Source of the DNA: the human T2T-CHM13v2.0 reference genome, Homo sapiens
Length of the DNA: 64,000 bases
Direction: 5' to 3' (one strand)
NCBI RefSeq assembly: GCF_009914755.1
Contig: NC_060925.1
A program made the translations under genes and the position numbers. Numbering within the stretch: the first letter of the stretch is position 1; every line of letters starts with the position of its first letter. Shown here one piece after another: positions 48,095-62,719 of this stretch. The notes beneath the pieces were generated by a model that was not told the origin of the DNA, ran no database searches, and saw nothing but the letters and a program-made list of their open reading frames with translations.

Positions 48095-48330
48095 ATGACC
48101 TATTTTTAAAGATTTTACAGGCTTCCTCAGTCTCACCCCCGACCCCCGCTTTCAAGTTCCCAGGCCTTCTCCTGCTGGGAAAGGCTTTCTCATGTCTACT
48201 CACATACCTTTGCTGCATACTAAACCCATTTCCGCGTGTCCGCCGGTCACTCTGCCCTGAATGATAACCTTCAATAGGTTTACAAATGCTCATTAAGTCA
48301 CCCTTCAAGTTTATCTTCCCGGAGCCGATA
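48095..48330 (-). mobile_element. CR1/L3 LINE remnant
   Basis: ggaaaggctttctcatgtcta...aaacccatttcc...ataaccttcaataggtttacaaatgctcattaagtcaccc resembles antisense CR1 3' RT region. Confidence 0.5.
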
Positions 48331-50502
48331 ATCACAATGCCTTCAGCTTCCTCCGTGTTACAAAAAGCAAAGCGAAGCAAGACAGCTGGGGAAGCAGGGA
48401 GGCCTCCTTTATCTCTGGCTCCAGCTGGACTCAGGAAAGGCTCTCCCAGGTTGTGCCTCCCCACAGCACCTTGCCTCCCAGCACAAGCTGGCCCAAAAGA
48501 TCAAGCGCACCTGCCAATTACCAGGAAAGCAGGGGCAAGAGGGAGAACTGATGTCTTCTATGGAATGAGGCACTATGCTAAGAGCTTTCCCCTCAATTAC
48601 TTGGTGAAGGAGGTAGTAAATCCCTATATTAAAGACTAGGACGCAGAGAAGCTAAGTGACTTTGCCCACGGTCTCACAGCTAGTGAGGGGGGAGCCATGT
48701 GACCCACAGCCTAGTAAGAGGAAGCCCATAGTACCCACAGCCTTGCTTGGCACTGGGAAATGGTTTGGATATGGGGGAATGGGGAGATTACCGTTTGCTC
48801 CCTCCTCTCACACCTCCTCTCAGGACCCTCATATCTCACACATGGAAAGTCATCTCCCAACTTCCTAGCATGGGAGAAACAGTGCTGGAGAGGAGCAGGT
48901 GGCTGCACCCAGTCCCGCCAGCAGCCTGTCTCTGAGCATTGTTCTCCACGGTCAACAATGACGGCACTGAATTAGCCTCAGGCCATTGTGGTTGCTGGGG
49001 TAGGAGACGTAGTGGGGGTGGGGGATACAGGTCAAGAGGTGACAACCCATTCATTCCCTCCTAGTCATTGGAGATCTGAGAGCTGCAGCCCAGTCAGTCA
49101 GGAGCCCTGAGCCCAGTGTGTCCAGGAATCAGGGAAAACAAAGAGGTCTCTGGAGATGAAAGGAAAGAGGAGGGGAGGAAGCCCCCACTGACTTTCCCAC
49201 CCTCCACCCTCCACTGTCCAAGGGGAAGAAAGGCCAAGGGCACAGTGAAGCTGGGAGGAACAGCCAGCTTCACTGGAAGTAGACCAGAGCTCCAAAGCCT
49301 GCAGACCTAGGCTTCGCTCCCAGCACAACCACTCGCTCAACGTGCGATTCAGTTACTTAGCCCCTGAGTCTCAGTTTCCCTATCTATAAAATGGAGAAAA
49401 CAACCCCTGCTTTGCAGGGCTCTTGAGAGGATTAAATGAGATATCAGAGGCATCCGGCACAACACTCAGCCTAAAGGAGCTCAGTGAGCACAGTTTTCCT
49501 TCTCTTCTTTTCTGGGATTTGTCTGCCTTGGGTTCCCAAGACTAATGAAGTCCACAGGAAAAGCAGGGTGGCTGCCTTCTAGCCCTTTTCCAAGAAGCCA
49601 GGGAACCTCTGCAATCCTAGGACTCTGTGGACCTGGCTGGGCAGAAGGCAGCAGGCAGCTGGACCTAAAGCATCCATCCTTCCTGCCCCTCCAATGCTGG
49701 CTTCTGGGCCTGGGGGGACAAGAGGCCGTGAAAGACCCAGAACTACTGACCCCAGAGGGAGATGTAGGATGCTGGGGGAGGGCAGTGCACCATCAGAGGA
49801 CCCTGAGATGATCTCTAGCCCACCTAATGGGGCTGCGTGAAAGACTGATGGGGAGGTGGGCTCCAGGGCCAGGCAAAGCACTTACTTGTCATCTGTGGCC
49901 AATTCTGACTTCCAGAAAGTTTCTGAGCCACTTCCCTACCCGCCCTCAGCTTTTATCAGAAAACACATGGCACTCAGAGAGGAAAGTCTTTACTAGAATA
50001 TCAGCCTAAACCAACTCAGTCAGACAAGTAAATCTCCTGGAAAAAATAATAGAAGTGATGTTTGAACTCTCGGTGCTATTTCTAAACCACTCCCTGCCAG
50101 GTGGGGTACATGGAGAGCTGCAGAGCTCAGCTAAAACAAAGGTGGCGATGTTACCCCCTTCAAAGTCACTGCTCATGGGGAGAGCCTGGGTCACAGCCTA
50201 GAGGCGGAAGGGAGTCGAGGCTCTGATAAGGCAGGGGAAGGACGGGACAGTGCCTGGGGCCTGCTGACTGTTCCTTCACCCCAGAGACCACAGGGATAAT
50301 CAGCTCACAGAGCCTTCCGGCCTCAGGCATTTAGTTCTCACTCTAGGGCCTCTTGTGGGAGAGAGGGACGAGGACCCAACACCAGCCTCTCCCCAGGGTA
50401 GGCTGAGCGCCTCCCCATTAAAGGCTTTGGCTGTAGCCGCTCTCCCGTGCAGAGGTTTCCCCGGCGGCAGCGGCCCGCTTCATGCTGCTGCCGTCTGTCT
50501 TT

Positions 50503-50897
50503 CTGTTACTGCTGAAATGTGTCCCCACAAGATTCATATGTTGAAGTCCTAAACTTCATATTTCTTCATAATATGACTGTATTTGGAGATAGGCTTTTAA
50601 AGATAAGATTAAGTTAAAATGTGGCCATTAGGGTGGGCCCTAATCTAACCTGATGGTGTCTTTTTAAGAGGAAATTTGGATACACCAGGAGTGCACAGGC
50701 ACAGAGAGATACCCATGTAAACAGGCAACAAAAGGGTGCCCACCTGCAAGCCAGAGAGAGAGGCCTCAGGAAAACCCAATCAAGTTGGCACCTTGATCTT
50801 GGACTTCCAGCCTCCAGAACTGTGAGAAAATAAGTCTCTGAGGTCGGTGAGCCACTCTGTGGTGTTTCATTATGGCAGCCCTGACAAACTAAGACAC
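50503..50897 (+). mobile_element. MLT1A/B-type solo LTR
   Basis: tgtgtccccacaagattcatatgttgaagtcctaa...ttggacttccagcctccagaactgtgagaaaataa...aaactaagaca. Confidence 0.85.
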
Positions 50898-52974
50898 TTC
50901 CCCTGTCTGGGGGTCATGAACAAGAGTCTGGGGGACCCCCTCCAACACACTCCCAAGAGCCCCAGTAGCCCGGGCAGGGTCCCCTCAGCTCAGCACCACC
51001 CTTAGTCAACCCTCAGCTTCTCCAGCCTCCTCCAGAAATCTCTAACTGCCTGAAGGCCAATCAGTGAGCCAACCAAGGCTGTGTGCAGGTTGGGATTGCT
51101 ACAAGACACCAAGGCAGTCCAGGAAAGGCCTGGGGACTCAGAGCAGGGACAGTGAGACAGGGGCAGAGAAGCAACAAACAGCACAGCCAACAGGCCTCTG
51201 GGCTGAGGATCAGGGTACCCTCATGGTTCCCCAGCTGTCGGCCACAGGGCTACTGTAGGTCTCAGTTTCCCCACTACACTCAGGCACCCTCTCTTAGAGC
51301 CCAGAGAGAAATCAGGGTCCTAAAGTGTGGCTAAATGCATAGAATGGAAAAAATACTTCTAATCACAACAACCAACTTTTCCTAGTGCTAACTATATGTG
51401 AGCCACTGTTCCAGATGCTTTGGTGTGTTTTCCTTGAATCCTTGCAATAACCCCGTAAGTCATACATTAGCCCCATTTGACACAGAAGACACTGAGAAGA
51501 AGCTTGCCAAAGGACTGCAGCTGTAAGAGGCAGTGCTGGGCTTTGAATGGGAGCAGTCTAGCTCCAGAGCTGAGCTTCTTGAGGAGAGCAGATTGCAGGG
51601 TGGGAGGTGGGGTGGGGTGGGGTCTGAGCCCATCAAGGCCCCAGCATATATCAGTGAGGTGAGAGACAGCCAAGGACAGGGCTTTAGGGACAATAGCAGC
51701 TGAACAATCCACCTTGTCATCAATCAACCAAATTATAAACACACAGGACTCGCATCTGTGGGAAAGACTGTGACCTCCTACCCTCCCGCACGTGGGGAAA
51801 ACAGCTTGGAGAGGATCAAAGGGGCAGAGGTACCCCAGGAGTTATTCTTTAGTCTGTGTGCTGGGCAAACAAAACTGGGAGGGGGCAGGAAAAGCAGGCT
51901 GCAACCTTCATCAGAGGTAAGTCACATGAGCCACCAGCCAGAGGGGCTGTGGCTATGCCCTACGGCCGGCAGGCACCCAAGAGGGTTTCCCCTCATCGTC
52001 AACTCAAGCAAACTGCAGGCCAGAAGCTGACCTTGGTTTGGCATGATGACAAGGTGCAAGCTGGGAAAGGGAGGGGGCATGGGGCCGCCACAGGGCCAGC
52101 TCTGCTAAGAATCCCATTATCTTGGGGGAGCCATTTCCCACTCGAGGGGCAGAAGAAGAATCAGTGATTTTCTCTCTTTTATTTGAACTCCTTGGGAATG
52201 ACAGACAAGTGGAAAGAGGGTTTCATATAAATACAAGAAGGCTTATAGTCTGCTTCTTGAGGAGGTGGGGAAACCAGAGCCTTCCCCATCTCTATTTTCA
52301 ATGCTTACAGGCTTCACCTACCAGCCCACCCCACCCTCTCAGGCATGTGGCTAGAGGGAAGGCATGAAGGGGAAAATGGAGATAAAACAGAGACACTCCA
52401 GAAGCAGTGGCTCCCACAGGATCTCCAGGAAGCCATTCTCACCCCTTCCCAGGATTCCTCAAACCAAAGGGTTGGTCCAAGGGTCTGCCGAGAGGCTGCT
52501 GGAGAGCTCCACCTGGTAAGTGCATTAAGAGGATCCCTGGGCTCAGACCCAGGGCCTTGCTGGATTCCTTGGAGTTTTCCCATCCATCCTGCTGAGCTGC
52601 TCCAGAGCTTTGATCACTACTACACGAAGGGTTTCCTGAATGCTTTCCTGAGGACATTGTTCCCCACTATAGAGTCATCAGGGTCAAATTCATCATGGGC
52701 TATCCTGATCCAGGTCCTACCCAGGAGGAAAATGCAGCCTTCTGCCCAAGCCCCAGTCCCCTAGAAAAATAAGTCAGTAGTTTCTTTTGGTTCATCCCAT
52801 TACCAGCCTTGGGGAAGGTAACGCTGTAGCAAAACACAGCTGCCATTAGCTCTAAGCTGCCAGGCACCTCAAAGCACACACCTGGCGGCCCTGCTCCCTA
52901 TCCTTCTAAGAGACCTGTCCCCACACCCAGCCCCAGTACCTGCTCCATCCCAGAATCACACTCCAGGACCTCTT

Positions 52975-54310
52975 AATTCATTCAACATTTATTGACAATG
53001 ATCATTTGTGAGGTACTCTGCAAGGGGCAGAGGAGTAAGAATTGGTCCCTGCCCTCAAGGAACTCACAGTCTAGGGGGGGATACAGACACACCAATCCCA
53101 GTGCCTTATTTAACAACATTCTTGCAGTGGAAGAATGAACACAGGGCTAGAGAAGCAGAGCAGGAAAGACAATCTGTGCTTAGGAAAACTGCAGGTGGCC
53201 CCGCATGCTAAATCCTATAGTGTAACTAGGAGTTTACTAGTTACCAGGCAGCCAGTGAGGGAAGTACCAAGGAGGCACGATGTGTAGGGCACATGGAGGT
53301 CTCAAAGTTTAAATGGGCATAACATATTCAAGATGTGGCAAAAACTAGGTTCTATCATGGGGAACAATGGGAGATGAAGCTAAGGAGGTGGGCAGGGGCA
53401 CGATGGTGAAAGAGCTTGCATGACATGCAAGCGCCTTTCATTTGTTTCCTGTAGGCGAGGAGCCAGGAAGGTCTTCAGAAAGAAAATGCTGGCAGAAATG
53501 GGGAGAATTTTCAGGAAGAAACCAAAAGCTTAGGCAAGGAATGAAGAGGGCCAAAAGCAGCGGAATAAGGTGGAAAACAAAGGATGGATTTCAGATGTAG
53601 AAGTGGCCACCATGGGTGGGTGATGGAATCCATGGGAGGGAGGAGGGGCAAGATCAAAAACAACCTCAACAACAGGACAGAGGGCAGAGACTCTGCCAGA
53701 CACAGCACTAGGTGTCTTATAAACATAAACACTATGTCAATGTCACCACTCTGTGAAGTAGGCAGAATTAGCCCCATTTTACAGATGATGTTCAGAAAAT
53801 TTAAATAACTTCTCTAGTCACACAGCTAGATTACAGAGTTAGGCTTCAAACCCAGGTCAACATTTCAACCATTATATTATATGGTAAATCTAGACAGAGA
53901 TGGGTGGTATGCTGTTTTGGATAATGATCTAGAATTTAGGGGGAAATTCTGAACTAGAGATATACATTTGAGAGTCATCGCCACTGGGGTGGGTGAAGCC
54001 ACAGATGAGGCTAAGACTGTCCAGCAAGAAAACAGGCAAGAATGAAGCTGGAAAAGCACTCACATTAGAACAGGAGGGAGCAGGGGCAGGAGAGCTGGAA
54101 AAGGAAACTGAGATGTGGTGATGTCAAGGGAGAATCCCATGAAGAGAATGTTGTGTACTGCAAAAAGCGAGAATATGACCAGTATATAAGATCTGCAATT
54201 ACAAAGGCTTTGAACCAAAATGCCTTGACCACTGTATTGGTGGAGGCAGAGAGCAAGCAGTAAAGAGCAACAAAGGGCACAGGGATGGGGTTGGGAGCCT
54301 CGAGGAGTTT
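52975..54310 (-). mobile_element. L2 LINE remnants with an intervening MIR (~53700-53870)
   Basis: attcattcaacatttattga...ggtccctgccctcaaggaactcacagtctag; gatatacatttgagagtcatc. Confidence 0.6.
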
Positions 54311-54331
54311 GGATTAAAAAAAGATTACCTT

Positions 54332-54943
<612 letters not shown>

Positions 54944-55734
54944 TTACTTTTGTATTATGTAAAAAGGATCTGATTAACACATAATTGATGTTAACAAGTT
55001 TAATTCAAAAAGAATAAACTGTTTTTTAAGTACCAGAGGCACTGCTGGAACAGGATGAAAACTGATACACCGGTTACTAATTACTCTTCACTCTTCAAAC
55101 TGATTCCCCTAAAGACTTCTACTTAGCAAATACTATAAAATACGCTCTGTACAGGAAAGAAATAATAGCACATGTATTTGTATTTTATTATTCAGACTGG
55201 CTGCCATCCCAACTAGATAAAGGTTTTACTGGGCTGTAATATCTAGCACTTGCATGTTTTCAGAGCACTCTAAACTGGTTGTCTCACTCTTTTCACACGA
55301 TCAGCAGGGAACACGTTCCCCATTTTGCAGGGAAACCAAGGCCAGTAGAGGTGAAGCGGCATACCCCAGGTCATCACTCAGATCGCTTGCCTCCAAGTCC
55401 AAGGCTCTTTCCCCTCCCAATTCTCCTGATCTGTGACCTCCTGGGCATTCTGGCCAATCTGCTTCCCTCTGACTTTGCAGACTGCACTGATGGAACTACC
55501 ACTAAGGCAGGTGTGAAGCCTGCAATCTCCTGACCAGCTTGTGCTTCTTGGTTCTTATGCAAGCCAGTTCTCTCTGTGAAATATTTCTAAGCAGCCCTCA
55601 ACCACCAGGTCTATGAGGGTCCCTGTTGTCCCTCAGCCAAGGCTGCTCTCTCCCCTAGATCCCCACCTCACCAGGGTCACAAGGATACACACAACTATTG
55701 CAGGAAACATAGGTTCTTCCTGCAATACAATTAA

Positions 55735-56040
55735 AGCTGCTAACATTTACTGAGTACCTACTGGTTGTTGTGAGGATGAGGTAATGTATGTAAAGTTTTA
55801 GCACAGTCTGTGACAATGTATATAAAGTTCTTAGCGTACTATGCTAAGAACCTTACATAATTACCTCATCCTCACAACAACCCAACAAAAATTCTTACCC
55901 CTATTTTACAGGTGAGGATATTGAGGTTCAGAAGGGCTAAGTGACTTGCCCAAGGTCATCCAGTTAATTGTTAAGGCAGTATTCATAACTCGAGCCTGTC
56001 AGACTCTAGAATCCACTTTATTTTTCCTCTGCTACACTGC
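55735..56040 (-). mobile_element. MIR containing an inverted duplication
   Basis: gctaacatttactgagtacctact...cctcacaacaaccc...attttacaggtgaggatattgaggttcaga...aagtgacttgcccaaggtca. Confidence 0.8.
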
Positions 56041-58328
56041 CCTGGCTCCCTACCCTACAAGTGCTTAGAGATCTAAAGCAAAGTAGAAAAGGAAAAGTGA
56101 GCAAGACGGAGGGGCTTTTACATTTTCACTGCCTGGCTCCCAACCCAGACTCTGGCAAGGCTAATTCCATGATGTTTCACTCAGCGGCAGTCCCACCAGC
56201 CTGGAGCCCTGGGGAGCTGACCAGAGTCAAAAGGCTCCCTGGCAGGCTTGTTCTGGCAGCTGCCCAGCCGACTTGTGCTAACACAGCAACAGGCACAGGA
56301 AAGAGTCTAGAAAGAGTGGAAAAGCACCAGACACTGAACCGCTGCAGGGAGAGAAGTGATTCCTGCCGTGCTCGGAGAGGACCCTATACTAAAGCCACCA
56401 CCATCACTGGGCTGGGAAGAGACGGGGGTAAGGGGGGAGCAAAAAGCCCCAAGCACATCCACTCACTCATGTGTTTCAGTGAACTGTGACCGGAAGGCCA
56501 GTCAAAAAGAGGGTCACATGCCTCCAAGGTGAATCAGCAAGCATGGAAGAAAACCGGTCTGCACCTTGGTTCATCCCAGCAACCCTGACCTGTCTATACC
56601 CACGTCCACATAAACCTTGCTATCTAATGTCACCCGAGCAGAGGCAAGAGCACATATACTATCTTACAGCCACCGCAACGGCTGATTTCAGCCAGCCTGT
56701 GGGAAAGAAAGATCTAGCTGAGAACACTAATAGACTTGCTAGAGGAAGAATTCAGTGACAAAGTGCCCTTGGAAAGGAAAGAAAAGAATTTAAAAGGGGG
56801 CACAATCAAAGTGAGACTGGAAGAAGGGAGCCACCTGGATTCCCAAAGATAGGGCTCTCTCGACCAGACACCAAGTGGAGGCCAACGGGTGGTGACAGGG
56901 ATATTTTAAAAGATCTGAAAATCCAAAAATGTCCATGGGAAATGTGTTTGCTATTATTTCTGTAGGCTTTCCATCCTCACATTTTTCTTAGGTTATTAAG
57001 CTGCCTTTGTACAGGATGCCCAAAAGTGTTTTGAGGGAAACCAATTCTGGGATCTAATATTTGTAACAAGTTGTTAGATCGCCAAAAAAAAAAAAAAAAA
57101 AAAAAAAAACCATAATTATAGGTGTCATCAGAAGGAGGAGGCAGTTTGAGAGGTCACAAATTGGCAGCCACTGGGTCAAATTAACCCCACGGGTATGATA
57201 GCATGCTTAGAATTTTGTATAATGAATTATCAACACTTGAAAATCAGAAGGTTACACACACCAAAAAACCCTGAATTTCTAGCATCTCTTCATTTTTTTT
57301 TTTTTTTACCCCCTCTGGAGCTCTTAGAACATCTTTTAGAAAAATTCAAAAATCTGGTACCACTGGATGAGCAGCAGATTGGAAGGTGAGTCGCCACTGC
57401 CCCCTTTCGGCAGGTCTATACTTTCTGCCAGCGTGGTGGCTCATTTGTCACCTGACCTCTGTCGGCACTAGTGTTTGGTTTAGCCCAGGGAAGTGACTGC
57501 AGGCTTGGTAATGCCCAGGACTGCCATAGGGTGGCAGCACTGGTGTGCCGATAAGGCCTGCTCATCAGCCAGAACCTGCAGCCAGAACCAGAAATCTCCT
57601 TACTTGGTAGCTGACAGTCTCTTCCCAAGTTCCATCCGATTTGTTCCCTGGGAAGCAACAGCAGCTCATTTCCGCATTCCCACTAGGCCTCAGGGAGCCT
57701 TAGAAGAAGCCAACGACTCAACCTGCTCCCTCCTCTCAGGCCACCACCAGGTCCTGGAAGGCACCTCCAGCTGGCACCTCTTCACAGCTGGCCCCTCTAA
57801 CTGTTCAGGAACTCCACCCTCACCCACCTGTGGACACCATCAGGCCTCACGAGAGAGAACCTAAGAAGCAGGGCCAATACCCACTCCCTTTTAGAGGCAG
57901 ATCAATTCATCAAATGCTCACTACTGCCCTGTGCTGACTTTAGTTAAACATCAGTAGGCTTCAAGAGGCAACAGCTTCTTATGCTTCTTCCTGCTCTCTG
58001 CTTTTACTCCCCTCACAGCCTTACCAGCAACGTCTTCAGTGGTAAGATTTAGTAGAAACTCCTAGAGCCCTTTTGGAAAGACATTTGGTGTTATGCATGA
58101 GATCCTCAAAACTGCTCATTTATCCCATTTCATCCAAAATGACATTTACTATTTTTACTGTTTATTCCAAAACGCAGGAAAAGCTTCATATAAGATATTC
58201 GTTGCAGTATCTAAACGAGTGACCAACCAGAAACAATTCAAATGTCCAGCAATATGGAAATTGTCCAGGATAAACTTATGTCATACTCCCACTTGATAGA
58301 CAATTATGTTGCTATTATAAACAACTAC

Positions 58329-59204
<876 letters not shown>

Positions 59205-59579
59205 CCAATTATGATGACCATGTAAAATGGGAAAATGATAATAGTGAGAAAAGTATATAAAATTAAATGTACAGTAATGATAACTATCTCTAAAACCTAT
59301 GCAGAGAATTAGTAAAAGACAACAAAATGTTAACGGTTGTTATTAACGAGCTGGGAACATGGGTGACCTTTTTAAAATCCCTACCAAATTTTCTTGAATG
59401 TGCGTATATACTTTTATAGGGAAAGGCGTCTATGTGTGTGTATGTGAGGTCTACCTCCATTTAGACTTGAAGGTGCTGCAGCCAATTGTAATAATGGTAA
59501 AAAGGTTCCTGGGAATCTGTGCCTCCAGGGTTCAGTGCAACCGCACTAGTAAAGCAGTTTCCAGGGCTCCTTGGCACCC

Positions 59580-59585
59580 TTTAAT
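59580..59585 (-). terminator. SMIM12: Candidate proximal poly(A) signal ATTAAA of SMIM12
   Basis: tttaat on +. Other candidates: 59693-59698, and distal 55184-55189 (AATAAA) and 54999-55004. Confidence 0.35.
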
Positions 59586-60327
59586 ACCAATGTTATCCTG
59601 CTCTAAAATGCCTGTACTTGCCTAACTCCTAAGAAGACCCCCAAATACCACCTGGATGATAAGATTCGATCATTATGGTTCTCAGATACCACTTTAATCA
59701 GGTTTTTCACTATACAGTGATGGGGGTAGAAGATGGTGACTGTTTTCAAGCAAATTCACGAGGCACATGTTCGTCCCTGCCCCAAAGTGAACAGTCTGGG
59801 CTTCCCAGAACAGAAAAGTGCTTTCCTTCCTGGGGGAATCCCATTCCTGAGCTGACAAGACAGATTTCAGTAAGAATGAGCACAAAGGATAGGGCAAAAT
59901 AGTGAAGGGAGCCAGGTGCATATTTGAATTCTTTCCAGTGCAGACTGGAACTAGACATGCAGGTATCCCTCCTAAAGGCAACGCCCAAATCCCAGCCATT
60001 CCCACTAGAGGCCAAACCGCCTGCCCACAGAGATTGACAGCCAATGTTCATCTCATAACTCTCCTCCCAGCAGTGCACCAGTAAACTCAGATGCCTGAGT
60101 GCTTGTGGCCACCACACAACAGATGCGGCCTTCCTCTTCACTGGCCCCTCGGCTGCTGCTGGGTCTGCCTGGCCATCAAGGAGCAGCCAGTATTTGTGTG
60201 GCTGTGTGGTGTGGGAAGGGCCAGAATAAGCAACAAAGCCAATTAGATGTGGGTTCTGGGGCTCTGTCACCATGGTAGCAGGACAAGTCACCACCCACAG
60301 TAGGACCATAGGGCCCTGTGTCCTCCA

Positions 60328-60606
60328 TTAATTCTTCTCTGGGCGGTTTCTGTTCAGCACAGCTTTCGGGGCAAATTCTAGCTTGTCCTTAAGGCTCACC
60401 ACCTGCGTGTGGTCCTTGCCTAGAAGCTCATCCAGCTTGCGATCCTCCCGGCGCTCTGAGATGCTCTTTTCCTCCTCCACGGGCTGGGGGTCCTTTCCCC
60501 TGATGAACCATTCCAGGTGGTAACCCACAGCCCCGACCACGAAGGCAACAGGGAATGTGACATAAGGAGCATAGGTACGAACCACGGTCCAAAACACAGG
60601 CCACAT
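60328..60606 (-). CDS. SMIM12: Small integral membrane protein 12 (92 aa, single coding exon)
   Basis: [92 protein letters not shown] recognised; one N-terminal hydrophobic helix; splice acceptor 5 nt upstream of the ATG. Confidence 0.95.
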
Positions 60607-60611
60607 GACAT

Positions 60612-60640
60612 CTGCGGAAAAGCACAAGGCAGCATTAGAG
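60612..60640 (-). promoter_or_regulatory. SMIM12: 3' splice site of the SMIM12 coding exon
   Basis: Minus strand reads CTAATgctgccttgtgcttttccgcAG|ATGTCATGTGG: branch point, pyrimidine tract and AG. Confidence 0.85.
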
Positions 60641-60712
60641 AACCCAGCATCATCTCCCACCAAATAAGAGCAACCCACTAGAGCTCTCCACTTACCAGGC
60701 AGCCTGGCACAA

Positions 60713-60990
60713 TTTTTTTTTTTTTTTTTGAGACGGAGTCTTGCTCTGTCGCCCAGGCTGGAGTGCAGTGGCACGATCTCAGCTCACCGCACCCTCCACC
60801 TCCCAGGTTCAAGCAATTATCTGCCTCAGCCTCCCAAGTAGCTGGGATTACAGCTAATTTCTGTATTTTTTTAGTAGAGACAGGGTTTCACCATGTTGGT
60901 CAGGCTGGTCTTGAACTCCTGACCTCGTGATTCACCCACCTCAGCCTCCCAAAGTGCTGGAATTACAGGCGTGAGCCACCACACCTGGCC
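60713..60990 (-). mobile_element. AluS (SMIM12 intron)
   Basis: Alu consensus with a small internal deletion; TSD agcctggcacaattt. Confidence 0.93.
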
Positions 60991-61552
60991 AGCCTGGCAC
61001 AATTTACTGAGCACCCACCCCCGTGCAGAGCAATGCGAGAGGTGGATCCCTGAAATAATCTAGGAAATTTCAAAAGATTCCATTGTTAGGGAAGAAGGAA
61101 GGATCTCCATTTTACGGACCGTACTCTTTGACAAGTGTGCACCAATATATGACAATGTTCCCCACAAGGGGACCTCTGAGCCTTACCTAATAGAGCTTCA
61201 AGCCTATTGTTGACCCCAGGACCTAGTCTGCCAACATTTCAAGAAGGGAAAAAGATGCCTTTCTCTGCTCTATGAAATTTCTCCATGAGCACAGCCGGCC
61301 ACCTTTTCCCCATGAAACACAATCTACGATGAATCTCCTGGTTTCACAATATGAAAAGTCGTTCCTTTTCCTCATGTAAAGCATAAGGAGCATATTTAAA
61401 CAGTCAAATACATAATGCATTACCTAATTATTCTGGATTTTAGGTAAATAGATAATGGTTTTATCCTGTTCTGAACCTGGCTTTTCTAACAATGGAACAA
61501 ACCTATACTTTACAAATCTGCTGACTAAACCACTTTCAAAATATCCTATCTT

Positions 61553-61978
<426 letters not shown>

Positions 61979-62372
61979 TCACTCTAATGGCCAATTCCAT
62001 CTCAAATGATTATTACCATTATCAATTATCAAAGATCATTCACAGTTATAATAACACAGCTACCATTTATTGAGCACTTACATGCCAGGCCTTGGGCTAG
62101 GTGCTTCATATACACTCACTCTCTTAATCCTCATGTCCACCACGTGAGGTAGATACATAACCCACTATCAGAGGGTTAAGAGACTTGCCCAAAAGTATCC
62201 ACTAAAAGATCTTTCTGTTTATGCCCCTGTAGGTATTTCTCCAACACTACTATCTCTGATCTAAAGTGAACAATCGAAACCTCACCAAGGATAAGATGAT
62301 TCTCCCCCTCTCTCTTTGGTTCCAATTCTCTTTGAAGGAATCCCAATGTTCTCTAGACGTAACACTATAAGG

Positions 62373-62719
62373 CAGCGGTCCCCAATCTATATTTGGCACC
62401 AGGGACCAGTTTCGTGGAAGACAATTTTTCCACAGATGGGGGTTGGAGAGGGATGGTTTCGGGATGAAACTGTTCCAGCTCAGATCATCAGGCATTAGAT
62501 TCTCATAAGGGGCACACAACGTAGATCCCTCACATGCGCAGTTCACAATAGAGTTTGCACTCCTGTGAGAATCTAATGCCGCTGCTGATCTATCAGAAGG
62601 TGGAGCTCAGGCGGTAATGCTTGCCAGCTTGCCCACCGCTCACCTCCTGCTGTGCAGCCCAGTTTCTAATGGGCTGAAGACCACCACTGGTCTGTGGCCC
62701 AGGGGGTTAAGGACCCCTG
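62373..62719. mobile_element. MER1B hAT-Charlie DNA transposon
   Basis: TIRs cagcggtcccc / ggacccctg; ggcaccagggaccagtttcgtggaagacaatttttccac; 8-bp TSD ctataagg/caataagg. Confidence 0.9.

Noticed and set aside
55696-55727. 11-bp inverted repeat tattgcaggaa/ttcctgcaata
   Set aside because: Short; cannot be separated from chance, although it lies next to the larger fold-back.
57392-57410. CTCF-like motif ccgaaagggggcagtggc (minus strand)
   Set aside because: Core mismatches and no supporting evidence.
60607-60774. N-terminal extension of the 148-aa ORF upstream of the SMIM12 Met
   Set aside because: It crosses the splice acceptor into the intron and starts inside an Alu.
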